Source: Ptychomitrium polyphyllum
Taxonomy: Eukaryota
Direction of reading: 5' to 3'
Assembly: GCA_973851085.1 (NCBI GenBank)
Contig: OZ316776.1
Span: 6,944,001-7,008,000, forward strand
DNA length: 64,000 bases
Part shown: in pieces, positions 1 to 14,100 of the stretch
Numbering within the stretch: the stretch's first letter is position 1
How the letters are laid out: each line of letters opens with the position of its first letter
Translations under genes and position numbers: made by a program
Notes under the pieces: model-generated
The model's input: the letters and a program-made list of their open reading frames with translations, nothing else
Databases searched by the model: none
What the model was told of the DNA's origin: nothing

Positions 1-1142
1 TCATTTGAAATGTTGAAATAGCAAACTCTACCATACCGCCGGACTCATTGTGCCTCTAACCCTAAAACCCTAAAAGACATAAAACGGATTACTTTACTCA
101 CGTGCCATGGCCATTGCCGTCCAAGGGGCTGTTCACATCTGGATCCGAGGCATTAACAACGCCGGAAGCTTTGGAGCCTGCGAAAAACACTTGAGCTCCA
201 ACAATCTTCCCATTGCAGAACCCATTCTGAACACGCGGATCAGGTACACAGGTGGCTTTGAAAGTTGGGTGAGGACCGTAGGGCTTCACTCCATCAGTGG
301 CCGCAAAACTGGGATGGTCCGGGTAGATTCCGGTATCAACGACGCCAATAACGACATCCTCACCAGCACTATGGTTGCCAGCAACTTTATTCCAAGCATT
401 CTGAAGCGCCATATAGTCATGGGAATGTGTTGTTGAAATCATCACCTCTCTGTCCGGCTCGATGCTCATAACCATGGGACTGCGCTCCATTACCTCTTTC
501 TTCATGTCCAGACAACCAGTTCTCACAACTTTAACAACCACACTAAATCCTAGGTTTAGATAGTCCTGACTCTTCGTGATGGATATTTATGCAAAATTAT
601 TAAAACTAGATCGTGAGCAGTATGATTACTTAGGTGGATGAGGTAAGGAGCTGGTGGATGAAACGCAATTTACCTGGGCTGGCGACATTGCGATGGCTAC
701 TCCACGAAATGATTCGCTGTAGTCATAGATCTTTCGGGTGTCTGATTCTCGCATCAATCCAAAGACTGTGTCTAGCAGTGCATCGTTCTGCGCACTGACG
801 GTCATATGTTCGGAAGCTACTCCGAGTGTATTTTGCATGCCATCTGGACTGCAGGCACAGAAGGTCATGGAGGCCATTACAATCCAGAATAGGTGATGTT
901 GTTACGTGAGCCATTATACAAAACTGAAACCAATGTTGTTTCCAAGTTTTTAAAATTTTGACTCTGGTCGGTTATCCGACTGAATACCATTGCTCCATGA
1001 CGTGGGAAGAAAGAACTTACTCAAATCTAACGATGTACGAGTCCGCAGCATTCGTAGCAACGAAGCACCAAGCCGCGAGGGTGCAGTAAAGAATTATTTG
1101 GGCGATGCACTCCCCATAACTCCTTCCCATCTTCCTCGCCAT
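1..1142 (-). CDS. Subtilisin-like serine protease (S8A, SBT2-like clade), 5' exons only; gene runs off the window start
   Basis: Exon 1021-1142 encodes a signal peptide and YIV motif (MARKMGRSYGECIAQIILYCTLAAWCFVATNAADSYIVRF) ending at GTAAGT. Exon ~674-848 is I9 prodomain-like (KIYDYSESFRGVAIAMSPAQ). Exon ~102-500 has TTHS, AGEDVVIGVVDTGIYPDHPSF (catalytic Asp), CNGKIVGA and SPLDGNGHGT (catalytic His) ending at GTGAGT. Some internal acceptors are uncertain. Confidence 0.9.
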
Positions 1143-3419
1143 TTCTACGGCGAGTTCAATTCTTGGAACCCTGTTGCACTTGCCAGTCCTGGTTTCTTTA
1201 AAGTACTGCAAAGTCGACTGTACCTTCCTGCTTCCTACAGGTTCTTAACGAAACCTGCAACGTGAGAAACGACTACAGCACCGGTCTTTGGAAACCAATC
1301 ACTGAGTTGTGCAAACGGTGTTCCTCCCGACACCTGAATCAAGCTTGAGGGCGGTGCTTCGTCGAGGGTGGTGCTTCGCCGTCTCAACCATCAACCTGCA
1401 CACCAATCTGAAACTTCGTCCTGCACCTGGACAAGGTCTTCCTTGCCAACGTTCCCAGACAATGCCAAGCCCCCACGATAAACTCCGGTGCCTCCGGCAC
1501 CGTGGTTCCAGCACTACACCCTCCGAATTCTTTGGCGAAGTTCTCGCCCTTTCCCGCTTCCTAAGCACTGAAGCCTTGAGTTATATCATTGAAACTCTGC
1601 TTTCGGAACTGATTCTACCACAGCTTGAACGTGGCAACTCCAGCACGCCAGTCAATAATTCCTTTGCGCGTCACTGCCACATTACTGAAACTTGACGAGT
1701 CTAGCTGATTAAAACCAACCCTGCCGCGCACGTAGTAAAGACAAACCGATCACGTCAGCACAAGCCAAAAGAGTTCGCGGCGCAAAAACAACCTGGATCC
1801 ACCTAACCTGGCCCCACCACGTACCTGGCCCCAAGCTGGCAGACGCCAGCTCTCTCCCGAGGCAAACTCATCCTTCTACAAATGAGGACTTGGACTCTCG
1901 TGCACAGCGCGAACTAGCCCCAGGTCCTCAGACACAGTGCTCGTTTGTAGAATGGACTCCTCTGAGCGGATGAGCTTCCATTTCTGGATCCACTTGACAC
2001 TCACGAGCGATGAACAGTGCATTTGATCGCCGAAACTCTCTCAGATCAAGTGACGGTTGTAGTCCTGGATATGCCATCCGTTTTGAAGAATTTCCGGAGC
2101 CGAAACCTAGTAACTTACACAAGGCACTGAGCACGTCCCTGTAGTGAATCACTGTACACGTAACTCTATTCATAACCAGGCTCTGAAGTGACCTGCTCTT
2201 CCAGTTAAGAGCTTGTTTTCATTTAGCGTTAGTGACGCTGGTTTCACGCTTTACATTTTGTATCATAGCAAAATATTAATACTAATAATAGTTTTAGTGT
2301 CGTTGGTTGCATTGAAAACACGTAAGTCACAAGAATGATGTAAGTCACCAGAGTAAGTCAACAGGTAGTAAACTACACAAGGCTCATATATGTGCCACAA
2401 TGTTCCTCCCATTCTAACCATGCAAGCTTCCATAGATTATTAAATGAAACAGAAACACTTTTCTATTCATTGGAGAGAAAGTTTTAGAATGTTTGGGTTT
2501 GTTAGAGTTGTTGGATCTAGGGGGTCCAACTGCATTCATCCATGACATTCGACGTTTTGTTACCAATTATGCTTTCTTTGATTGGATATACAATTCAAGA
2601 GGAAGAGAGAGTTTTGGAACTTGCTAAGGCTTTAGTTGGTTTAAACATGTATTAAGAAGTCATGTATGTCACCTTATGTACCTCTTTCAATTGAGTTACT
2701 CTGGTTTTATTGAACTTTTCAATAAAATGAATGAATATAGAATTTGTTAATAGAAATTCTTGTCATCTTTCTCAAATTTGGGTGTATAAAAATAGGATAA
2801 AAGTTGATAGTAATAAAAACAATATTAAGAAAAATTAAAGGAAGTCTTCGAAATTATCATAAAAGAATGTAAATATGAAGGTTTTAAATATAGGCTTTGT
2901 TTATACTTATATATTTATCATATTTAGGTGTATTAAATTTCATGTGGCTACTATTCATGCACCTTACAATCAACCATTCTATTTATGATATTCTATAAAA
3001 ATCAAGCTTCCAACTCCTATCTTTTTACAATAAAAATAGAAGGAATAATTTGAATTAATGGGCTAGTTGAATTAAGCTAGGATAATAGTGTAGCAAAAAT
3101 TTGATGCTTAATATGTAATTTGAAATTACACAATTAAAAAAATTTGTTAACGTTTAATAATTTACTTTTTTTTATCTTTCACAAATCAATTAGATTTTAT
3201 TAGTTTGCAACTTTCCTAATTGTCTTTCAAAAATTAAGTGAATATTAGTCAATATTAAGTCAACATTTCAAAATTAAGCCAACATCAACCCTCAACATAT
3301 TTACAAATCATGGGATTCTAATAAAAATATCTAATTTCATATTTAAAACATGCCTCCAAATTCTTCAAACTAATCTTTATGTTCTTTATTTTTAATTATA
3401 AAAAAATACAAATCTTCAC

Positions 3420-4400
3420 ATTATGGAAACCAACCTCACTATCTTATTATTCAAAATAAATGTTATATCATATTTAATTAATTATAAACCAATTGCTTTA
3501 ACAAACGCTATGTACAAGTTCTTTACCAACACCTTCATATCCATATTTTCTCACTATAGAAAAAAACATCAAATATTATATGATAGCCAAGAAGGTTTCC
3601 AAGCAAAAGATGTACATTATAACAACTTTGAATCCTTATTGCAACATTAAAAGATTATATATATATATATTCAAATTACTACAAGCTAAATAAAAATCAG
3701 TTTCATTAGATTTATCAAGTGGAATTAAATTATCTGGTTTATTTTCTAATATAAACGAAGAATTGGGGACTACTAATTTAACCAACCAATCTAATATGTA
3801 AAGTAAAATACTGAATTCTTTAATTGTTGATTCTTTCAAAAATGCCTTTGGCTCTATTTATTATGCTAGATTATTTTTAATTATGTTAAAATTTTGGATA
3901 TCCTTTACATATTGTATTCCTAGTATAAAACATTACTCTAGTTCTACCACTATCTTAAAGGAGAATATTTTGAATCAATACAACCAAGTTTTAAATAATG
4001 TGGTACAATTTAAGACAATTTCTCATCCATATTACTTCATTTTTTTTCTAAAATCATTCACAAGATGCTTAGAAAAGAACAATATGGCTATACATTTGGA
4101 ACATCCACTATTAATACAAATTGTGCAGCTTATGCAAACAATCCAAAGTCATTTGTAACAAATTCATCTTTACTAAATCAACTCAATAAATTAGACAAAT
4201 TTTGCAAATAGATTAAAATGGACCTAGGAAGTATTAAAATATGCAATCATTGGTTTTTCCAACAAATTCAAAATTCCACTACTAATCTTCAAAGTTAATA
4301 TTTAAGCAACAAATATCATTTATAAAATTCGAAATTACTTGTCTTTTATAAAAATAAATCATATATGTATCTTAAAATACAACTCATTTCTTTATTTAAT
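3420..4400 (+). mobile_element. Highly degenerate non-LTR retrotransposon (LINE) reverse-transcriptase remnant; may extend to ~6.4 kb
   Basis: NYKPIALTNAMYKFFT...QILYDSQEGF resembles the LINE RT YRPIAL..YK..QxGF block. FKNAFGSI at ~3835-3860 and YMYL at ~4360 follow in the expected order. AT-drifted with many stops. Confidence 0.65.
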
Positions 4401-6855
4401 TGAAAATTTTCAATCTACGCCACCATTAGTAAATTCAATACACCATGCAAATCTTTAATAACATATGTAGTCACTATGAAACCAAAAATCAAAATAGATG
4501 CTACAATTATACATGCAAGAATTGGCTATAATTTTTGCATTATACTTAATTCACTCTTAGCAATTATAAACTAGACAAAAAATCATTTCATTACATAAAA
4601 CATTAAGTAACATACCTAAAATACACCTAATACTGTCATCCAACTACTACAAAATTTACTTGGCATATAAGCTCTTCCTTTAAAAATTCATACCTAAGGT
4701 GTATTAATAAAATATTTTTCAAAGCCCTTAATAATGTTATGAAGCTTGAACACATTTACAAAGGACTTAAATACCAAAAACTTACTAAAGATGGTGGATT
4801 ACAAATATCTCTTGTATAAAAATAATACAATTGTGTGAAAACATATTTTATTTGCACATTATTTCTACTAAAATCAATTAAAGGTGCACACTTTGAAAGC
4901 AACACTAAAAACTTCTTCTTTACAACAACATTATTAGAAACCAAATGGACGCATCAAATCAAAAACTTCCTATAATTGTATTAAAATAAAAAATTTGAAC
5001 TTCTAAATTTATTCTTTTTATATAATGATTTTGAAATAAACGCATCATACTATTTAATAGCATAAAATTTATGTCACAAAATAACTTCAAACAATGCCAC
5101 ACTACACCTATCAGAATAATTAAATATACACTAGACATTGTAAAAAAATATTGCTACACTATTTACCACCTGCAATGCTTATTTCCTTGTTCTTGAGATC
5201 ATTTTCCATATACACTCAAATTTGAATGCACCACACCTAACTCCTTAATACATTTGATGATTCAACAAACCTTCAATACATCTTTTTTTCCCTCTATAAT
5301 TTTAACATCCTAATTATCTCTACTTTAAATTAAATCACTACAAAAATTTCCAATTCAAATAATCTTACAATACAAAAACTGTAAATTCATTGAAATACAT
5401 CATCCTTTAAATATATGCACTTCTTTTAAATGCCAATGGACTCTTTGTATAACATAATGGATAATAGGTGGTTCACACAAGGCAATTTTTTTGCATGGAA
5501 TGACAATTCCATTACAAACCACAATATTAAAAAATAAATCATAATAGACAACTTTTGATCATTCAATAAAAGTATTTTTTTCATTAACTAATGGTCAAAG
5601 GTTAAATACATTTCAATTCTAATTAATATACAATACATAAAAAGATCTATAAAAGAAATTTGACCTTATAAAAGATACTGCCAACAATATTGATCCAATA
5701 TGATATAACACATATTTATGAAAATAACAATAAACATCTTATTAACAACTCTAAATTTAAACTACAATGGTTGTGAAAACACTATAATACACATTAATTC
5801 AACACTATGAATTAAACTCAGTTTACAAAAATTTGAAATTAAAATAATATGGCTATATCAAAGGTAACAATTGCATTTCCAAAAAATAATTCCTTAAAAG
5901 ATGCACATTATTCCTTCTCCACTACAATAGTGGACTTCTTCATCATTTCATTTAATATAATCCACTAATATTTTCCTTCACTAATAATATCCTTTACATC
6001 AAACAAATTCTTCTAACCATTCTAAAGAGATAATAAAATGTGGTCTACTAGGTACTTCCTTCCAAAATAAATGGCAAGGAATAGGATATGTACACGTCAT
6101 TATGAAAAAGATGCACAACAAGCAATCCATTGGGCCAAATTGGCAAACATAAAATCCTAATACAATCACTTTTTTGACCATTTTAAACATTAAATGGTAC
6201 CAAAACTTCATTTTTTACATAATACCATAATGAAACATTTATATTATATCTCACTTATGAAAACAGTCTTAAAGATAGTCTAAAAAGAAACCAAATACAA
6301 TCCACATACTTTATATTCACTACCAAAATGAGATCATTGGAACCTCCATATAATGCCAAATTAATATGGTTATACATCCTTGTTTATATGAATCCACCTT
6401 GTCTCAAATTTGGACCAAGATTTTTTTTTAAATACTCATATTTAACCTTCAATTAAATTCATGACTTTATACAAAACAACTTTTATATATTGATATCTAG
6501 CACTTTGATTATCCACTATGGTTATTCATGGAGTTACTTGTGTCATATAGTGTTTACTTTCTCATTAAAAAGAGTAATTTTACACCGGTGACTTATATCC
6601 TTCACATATGGGCTCAAAGGTAGAATGAACAAACACTTATTGACTATGGCTTTCCTTAGAAGATTGGAGTTCCTCTTCTTCTATTGAAGAAATAAAAAAC
6701 AACACATATTCAAGAAATTACAAATATAAACATTTGGACTAACAACATTAAGCATAAAATGAACCATCCCTTCAAACAAAATTTGTAATAAACACAGGTT
6801 TAATTATTGACTTTGAACCAACATTAAAATACGGCTTACAAAAAGGAGAAACCAA

Positions 6856-8070
6856 TCAGTCAGTTTTTGGGGTTTGTGAATGACCAACTTCAACAGGCAA
6901 CGTAATTACAAGCTGATGGGTTTGTTTTTTCCATTGTGCTTGGCTGCGCAACTTGTCAACATTGTATTTCAAGTCAATCATTAGCCTATATTTTCCTGGC
7001 ACCCTCAGAAATACTCGTTCTTTTTCTAGATCTACAAGGACATCTTGAACATGAAGAATATCTGGTAGGGTTATCCGTAGTATTATTGCTTCTGGTACCG
7101 TTTTGATGTCATTGATCTGAGAGTCCGTCCAGTATTGTCCATAGTCGATTGTGCTCCTATATAACACTTCGTACAGAGGTTTTATTTCTGTTTTCCATTC
7201 TTGATCTAAATGTATGGACCTTGTGTCTTTTTGTGTATTTGAATCACATGGATCATCCAAATTGCATGGCTCTGTGACTTTCATTTTCTTTGTATCATTT
7301 TCTTTCCTATATGCGTTTTCTTTTTTATTTGAATTATTTGAAGAATTTTTGTTTCCATCAACTTTAGGTTTTTGCTCCAATTTCTTTATATCACCATTAC
7401 TTTGTGAATTTGTGGAGTTTGTTTCCTTTTTTACTGTAAAAATCCGAGGTTCTTTAGAACCATCTTTTCCTTTATATTTTATTAGCGGTAGTGAAAATTT
7501 CCTTTCTAACTGAACATCTTTTTGTTTTTCGATGGCTTCAATGGCTGTTATTATAAGAAACTGTTTAAATGATTTTGAGTTGTTTGCATTTTCTTGTGTT
7601 TTAATGCCAATAATAAAATCATAGACAAGACATTTTTTTCTTGCTTTATCTTTTTCTTGTGCAGCTCCCCCTAATGAATATGGTATCTCCCATTGTGTGC
7701 CATGTCGTTGTGGATCATCAATTGATATACAATTTTTTACTTTATCGCAATAGCAGATGTTGATAAAAACCTTTTCTTTTGAATTTATGTCATAAGTCTT
7801 GACACTAAAATATGCACATGGGAGAAGTAATTCTTTACCTGCCATATGATCAGTTGATTTGCCATTGCCTTGGTGTTGTTCACATTGTTTGATGTGCCTC
7901 TCCATTGTCTCTTTGTTACCAGTCTCTGATATTTCTTTAACATAATTCATAAACATATCTTTGAATTTTGGATCATTAAAAGAGCTTGTAAATCGATTGA
8001 TTTCATCTTTATTCAAATCAAGACTTTTCAGATGTTCTAATAATTCAGATTCTTCACTCTTTTTAGCCAT
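6856..8070 (-). CDS. DNAAF2: Kintoun / PF13 dynein axonemal assembly factor 2 (PIH1 + CS domains), 404 aa, single coding exon
   Basis: Kintoun N-terminal helix (DPKFKDMFMNYVKEIS..NKETMERHIKQCE), PIH1 motifs KVFINIC, WEIPYSL, CLVYDF and KYKG, and a C-terminal CS domain ending QLVITLPV. Confidence 0.88.
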   Translation of the reverse strand: MAKKSEESELLEHLKSLDLNKDEINRFTSSFNDPKFKDMFMNYVKEISETGNKETMERHIKQCEQHQGNGKSTDHMAGKELLLPCAYFSVKTYDINSKEKVFINICYCDKVKNCISIDDPQRHGTQWEIPYSLGGAAQEKDKARKKCLVYDFIIGIKTQENANNSKSFKQFLIITAIEAIEKQKDVQLERKFSLPLIKYKGKDGSKEPRIFTVKKETNSTNSQSNGDIKKLEQKPKVDGNKNSSNNSNKKENAYRKENDTKKMKVTEPCNLDDPCDSNTQKDTRSIHLDQEWKTEIKPLYEVLYRSTIDYGQYWTDSQINDIKTVPEAIILRITLPDILHVQDVLVDLEKERVFLRVPGKYRLMIDLKYNVDKLRSQAQWKKQTHQLVITLPVEVGHSQTPKTD

Positions 8071-10622
8071 TCTTTCTTTGTCAGGAAAACTACTTTTTAT
8101 AAATCATATACTGCATGAAATACATTCAATACATACCATGTAATTGACTTGTGAATTTGTCTTTCAAAATACATTAGAATGACAATTTCTATGTTCAATT
8201 TGAAATTTCCATAATAATTTTATAATAAGATACACAATTTTCCTATAACAATGAATCTTGATAAAGCTTTGTAAAGCATAGTTTAAATAGTTTTTGATTT
8301 TATTTAATATGTTTTATTTAAATATCTCTATTTGGCAAAACCAATGATATTATACATTGAGATTTTAAAAATAAATTAGGGAAAAAAAACAAAAAAAATA
8401 ACACAGAAAATTTAAATAAACGAAATGTTTTTTTTTAATAGCTAATACCAAGAGATATGCATCAGGTTTCAGTATTTTAAAAGTTTAGGGCTTTAATATT
8501 AAATTTTACATATATATTTTTCAAGAATTATTTAAAACTTAGTCAAAAAACATCTTTTAAAGTTAGGCTCCTTTCTATTCAAAATTTTATATAAGGTAAC
8601 ATTTATATGTCGATGGTATTAAGAAAAAATCAAACCAAATGAATTAAATTAGCATGTAAATAATTTCTTTTTATGAAAATTGCTAGTAGGCAATATTAAA
8701 ATTTTATAGAAAATTTAGAAACAATTAAAAATATATTATTATACATTAGAATTTTTGAATGTAAATGTTTCTATTGTAACAAAAATTGTCAAATGTTTTG
8801 ATTAAGCACATTGATTGAAAAATTACATATAAAAATTTTAAATATGGATTTTTGAAAACAAAATCTAAAAAGTAGAATTTGAAGAAAAATAGAAATAATT
8901 TTCAATAGAAAATGGAGCATATTTTGAATATGCTTGTTTTAAATAAAATTATTTTAATTCAAAAATACAAGTGTATTCATAACTTAGTAACAATTCCAAA
9001 CAATGCCACATGTGCATCTTTAGCTTTGGCATTTTTCTTTAGAAAGCATTTGAATTTAACTTTTAAATTATTAGATGGGTTTATTAAATGACTTTATTAC
9101 AACCAGAAACTTTATTTTGTTTTATCTTTATTATTCTGATGTTTATTCAATAATAGAGCGTGATACCTTTTAATTTCAGGTTTTACAAATGATAAATCAT
9201 ATTTTAATATTCAAATACTTTTTCTAGATTTTAACAATGTTTTTAAATTTTTTTGTGAGATAAATGAAAATGTACTAAGCAAAAACAATATTTGTAAAAT
9301 ATGCTTTCCTATTGCATAATCAAATTTAAAGCTTGATAAGAATTACAATGTAAGCAGCTTAAGATAAAAAGAAAGAAGCTTAATTTTACAAAAACAATAG
9401 CACGAGACATGCTTCAAATATCAATTTATTTACATCATTTGAAATTATAATTAGATTGATTTTTCCATTTTGTTTGCAAATTTTGACATTCATTTGCACA
9501 TTCTGTTCATCTTTTATCTACTCTATTTTGTGTTTCTTTTTACATATAGCATAAGAACTATTTGCTTAAAAAAGTTTTGCAATCCAATTTTTGATTTTTG
9601 GTTTAAGAATAGATTATCTTTTATTGGCTTCAAACCGTGAAATTTTCACAAGTGAATTTTAAATTTCAATCATGAATATTTCTTCAAAGATAGCCCAATT
9701 CTTTTGCTGTTCAAATAAAAGATACCTTTGTTTATATGTTAAATTTATTAATTATACGATTTATACAGAATTTTAAGAAAAATAAACAAAGTATAAATAT
9801 ATATTTTTGGAAGAATAAATTAAATCCTTGTATATATATTGTCAATTTGTTGAAAACAATATAAAAAATGAAATTCTTTGTTTACTTCATCTAATCAATG
9901 AATCACTTCCAAAATTTTAACATCTCGTTCTATTGGTTTGCAATTGATAATATTATAATACTACTAAGATCTACTAATTACAAAAGTATGATTTCTTAAT
10001 TTCCATTTTTTTTATTATTTCAAACCTTTAGTGTTATAGAAAGTATAAGTAGTTTGACCAGATGGAAAGACATTTGTATTTTTATAGTGGTCTATTTTTA
10101 CATAGAAGCAATAGAAAGAATCAATTCTTAATGATAAGATGGAATTAAAAATCACCTTATTTTACCTTGATAATTCCTATTAGCATCAATGCTAAAATTA
10201 TACATTTTATGATGATGATAATTATTCATTTTTCATTTTGAAAAAACCATATGAAAATAACAATTCATTGTATTAAATTTGAAGTAGGATAAGACTTTTC
10301 AAATTTGTATAAGTATTTATCACAAAATGTTTATACTTTAATGTATAAATGTCATAGGTTTTGGATTTTCAAGCCTCTTGATTCAAAGTGTACTATTGTC
10401 TTCAAATCTAGGCTTTTGATTTCCACAATAAAGAATTAGATTTTAAAGTTTTTCTTGTTAATTACTTATTACAACACATTTTGAAAAGTTTCAAAGATTC
10501 TTTGCATTTGCATAGTAAAAGTTAAAAATTTCAATAAAAGTTGGATGTTATGAATTTTAAACATGTCACTTTTGCAATTTGTCCTTCTAAATATTTCACA
10601 TAATTTGCAGGTTGTGAATAAA

Positions 10623-11147
10623 ATGACAAAGAAAAAAAATAAAAATCTAACAATCGCTATAGGAGATAGAATTAAAGCAGCTGTATTGAACATTGCCAAA
10701 GGATTAAGTAAGAGTCAAGTAAAGAATGCAGCAACTATAGCAATGAAAAACATTAATGCATATGGGCAAAAAGAAGAGGGACCAAGTCGATGGCAAGAAC
10801 GAAAAGAAGCAAAGCGTCAAATGTATTTAATGAGTACTGAGAAAGCTGTAAAATTAGGGGTAAAAAAAAATTCTTTAAAATCAAATGAAATAGGAACATT
10901 TGGATGTTCGCACCAATGCCAAAAGTGCTTTCAATTGGGACATTGGACTTATGAATGCAAAAATGAAAGGTTTTATATTTCTTGTCCAACACAATCACAA
11001 CAACTTGCAAATTCCTATTTGCAACAAAAACTTATAAAATCAAAAGATACTTTAAAAGACTTGCACATATATAAGAAACATGCACTACAAGAAGTTTCAT
11101 TTAAAACAAACAAAAAAACAAAGCAATTTCAAAAGAAAAAAAACTAA
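10623..11147 (+). CDS. ZCCHC10-like CCHC zinc-knuckle protein (plant family)
   Basis: RIKAAVL..AKGLS..NINAYGQKEEGPSRWQERKEAKRQMYLMSTEKAVKLG followed by QCQKCFQLGHWTYECKNER. The likely ATG at 10623 follows a TTGCAG acceptor (10610), implying a 5' UTR intron. Confidence 0.8.
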   Translation: MTKKKNKNLTIAIGDRIKAAVLNIAKGLSKSQVKNAATIAMKNINAYGQKEEGPSRWQERKEAKRQMYLMSTEKAVKLGVKKNSLKSNEIGTFGCSHQCQKCFQLGHWTYECKNERFYISCPTQSQQLANSYLQQKLIKSKDTLKDLHIYKKHALQEVSFKTNKKTKQFQKKKN

Positions 11148-14100
11148 TGAAAGGACAAAATCAAAACGACTTTAAAAATGAAAAAATAAATATTTAATTG
11201 GTGATTTCAACATTAATAATATTAAAAGTAACGGTAATGATCATTTAAAGAATAAAATAAGGCACTTTATATTATTATCTCCTTTTAGCAATATAAAAAT
11301 GATTGAAAGATGGAAAAACAAACAAATTTATTATGTGTAATAAAGATTTCTATAATATTCATTTTAAAACAATAAAAAAAAGTATTGTTCAAGATTTTTT
11401 AAATTTATGACGATTTAATAGTCAAAAAATTGTCATTGATATCACTTATACATTTTATTTATAGAAGAAAAATATTGATGTAAGGTTGAAAAATGAAAAA
11501 TAAGATTCTAATTAATATTTGATTTATAGCATTTTGAATTATAATTATCCTTTTATGCAATTTCTATATCTTTTATTTACATTTAAATTATTGTTTTTTT
11601 TTAATGAGTTGTACTAGCATAATTGAAAAAGAAATATTTTTGAAAAATCTATAAATTTTCATAAAATTCCATAGAATTTCATAAATGTCTTATGTAAAAT
11701 AAAAAAATAACAAAATAACTCACACATTATGGAAAGATAATTTTGTAGAAACTTCTATAACACAAATTTGTGAACTTGAACATAACATTCTTAATACATA
11801 GGTGTAAGTGCATGTATGCCTGTAAATATCCCCTCTAAATATTTGGAATATTTCCTAAATTAGTAAAGACATTCTTATAGAATATCATGAAATATTGTGA
11901 TAATTTTTTATATTAAAATTTAAATTTTTTGATTTTTTCTTTAAAATAAAATAATAATTCCAGCAAATGAAAAGACACACATGAAACATTAATCAGGTAC
12001 TACTTACCTTAATAATTTAATTTCAAAGTAAATGCTTGAAATGCACACTTGGCACACAGAACTACGAACGTAATGAAATGCATGGAAAAAATGTATGAAA
12101 CCATAATTATAGCGAATCATAGTTGGTGCAATCTTACTCAAGCTCTTTATAGAATGCAAATGTTTTTATTATAGGAGCTTAAGATAATCAGATTCCTTGG
12201 AATGGTAGCAAACTTCTGCTGCAGCTACAGGGAATCTGAAGGACTGAGAAAAAGGTCTGTAACACCATTCTTTTTCAACCTGCACGACACAAAGAGGAAG
12301 GTGCAGTCCACAAGCCAGTCCTACATTCTGCAACTAAATGCTCAAATTGCTTGCTTTCGTGCCTGTAGTGAGAGCACCTTTTTGCAAATGGGAGGATCAT
12401 TAGCCAAGGGATCCAGGGTGCTCTTGAGCAACAACTCTGCAGTCCTCTTCATTGAACATGCATTGAACTGGTAAGAACCAAGACATAACTGTCAAAAACA
12501 TAAACAATTCAGAATCAGCAGCTATGAGTCTCATAGTCTCTAAAGTCTTCTCCATCCATAATTTACGCTGCACAGACTCCCACTGGTAAGGTTAGAACGT
12601 GGCTGAGGAGAACGGACTCTGAATGCGCTGGAGAATCTCAAGAGAATCTCAAATTCACAGGACAGTCTAAATTTTATTCCGGAACTACATCAGTATCAAC
12701 GGACGAGAATGGAATCCAAACCAGGTGAGGTGGAGCAGCCACCACAAGTTGTAATGCTTTTTGATCGTCTGTAATCTTAGAAGGTGAACTTGCTTTCTGA
12801 AACCGCTGGTCATATTCAAACAGTTGGGCAGGCACACCAGGATACCTTTCCTGCGCTGCCACCACGACTGGAGATCAATGCCATGGCTGAAACATCTTTG
12901 GTGAAACCCAAACTTTGAATTACACCACAGTATATTCCTAAACAACCCACTTGCACCCCTAGAAATATCGAAATTATCATTAGAAGCAAGCCACACTCAG
13001 CCACACAACAGATTCCATGCTACTCATTAAACATGTGAAGCTTGCCAATTCTAAGAATTGGAAAGTTAATTCTTTTCGTTGCTACAGTTCCTTTACAAAT
13101 CAAAGCAAAAATTTATTGAGCATAATTCAGTGGTGAGGAAAATATCAACGTTGGGTTCACGTGGGCAATACTATTCCATCTTGTCTGGACAGATCAAAAC
13201 GGGCTGCTTCACATTTGCACTCAACTCTGAAGTTCCTTGTACACACACCTTGAAAATAGTAAGCTAACCAATAAATCTTAAGAGAGAGTCAGAAATAGCC
13301 CTTGTGAAGATTGTCGTTACCAAAGTCCAGAGTACACAAACTTCCAGCGATCTGTACTACAATTTTCGAACAAACACAAGTTAATTATGTCGCGATGCAT
13401 TGGCAACGAGACCACAATGCATTGACCGCGCTGCATTGGTCGCAGTGCGTGTCCTCCTAGTCTCCTCTCACGAATAAGAAATCATGACAGGCGAAGAATA
13501 TTTGAAGAGCAATTTTGTAGGTCTTGAGTATATTTTGAAAACTAGGATTTTGTTTAGGAGTCTTCTTGATTGCAAGCAACAATGCAGGTTGAGCTGAATC
13601 CTAAGCGTAGCACTCTTCACTTGTGAAGCAATTCACGTATCATACGGGGAAACTGGAGATCAACAGCACTGCATGCATGAAGGCGTGAGTCTAGTTTGCA
13701 TGACTTGACACATGTACAAACTCTCTCAATGATTTTGCGACCAAATCCTGACAATGGAATTGTATCTGTGAATGATAGAAGTATCCCTATGGAGACGATG
13801 TTCAGAGGGGTCACTCAATAATGGCATGTGGTTCTCTGGGAAAGACGTTGGAATAGCGTAGACTTAGGATGTGAAAGAAGGAGGCTGCATGGGCAGAAAG
13901 CATTCAAAGAAGTTACTTTGGGTCATGACCAGATAATGGCAGGCCCTCCTAGTGTGCTCGTAGGGCAACCTCCTCAAGCAAAATTTACACATTACTTAAC
14001 CATGCTCAAATAAACTCTGCAACATAATGTTGCTAGTTTGCTGGCTACCAATCACCAAGGATGCATTTTTGGTTGTGGAGTGTTGAATGCTTACAATTGT

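Noticed and set aside
57..75. CCCTAAAACCCTAAAA telomere-like repeat
   Set aside because: Only two imperfect units inside an intron, so not an interstitial telomeric array.
1299..2173. ORFs of 81-128 aa upstream of the subtilase
   Set aside because: No recognisable domain. Best explained as GC-rich 5' UTR/promoter sequence.
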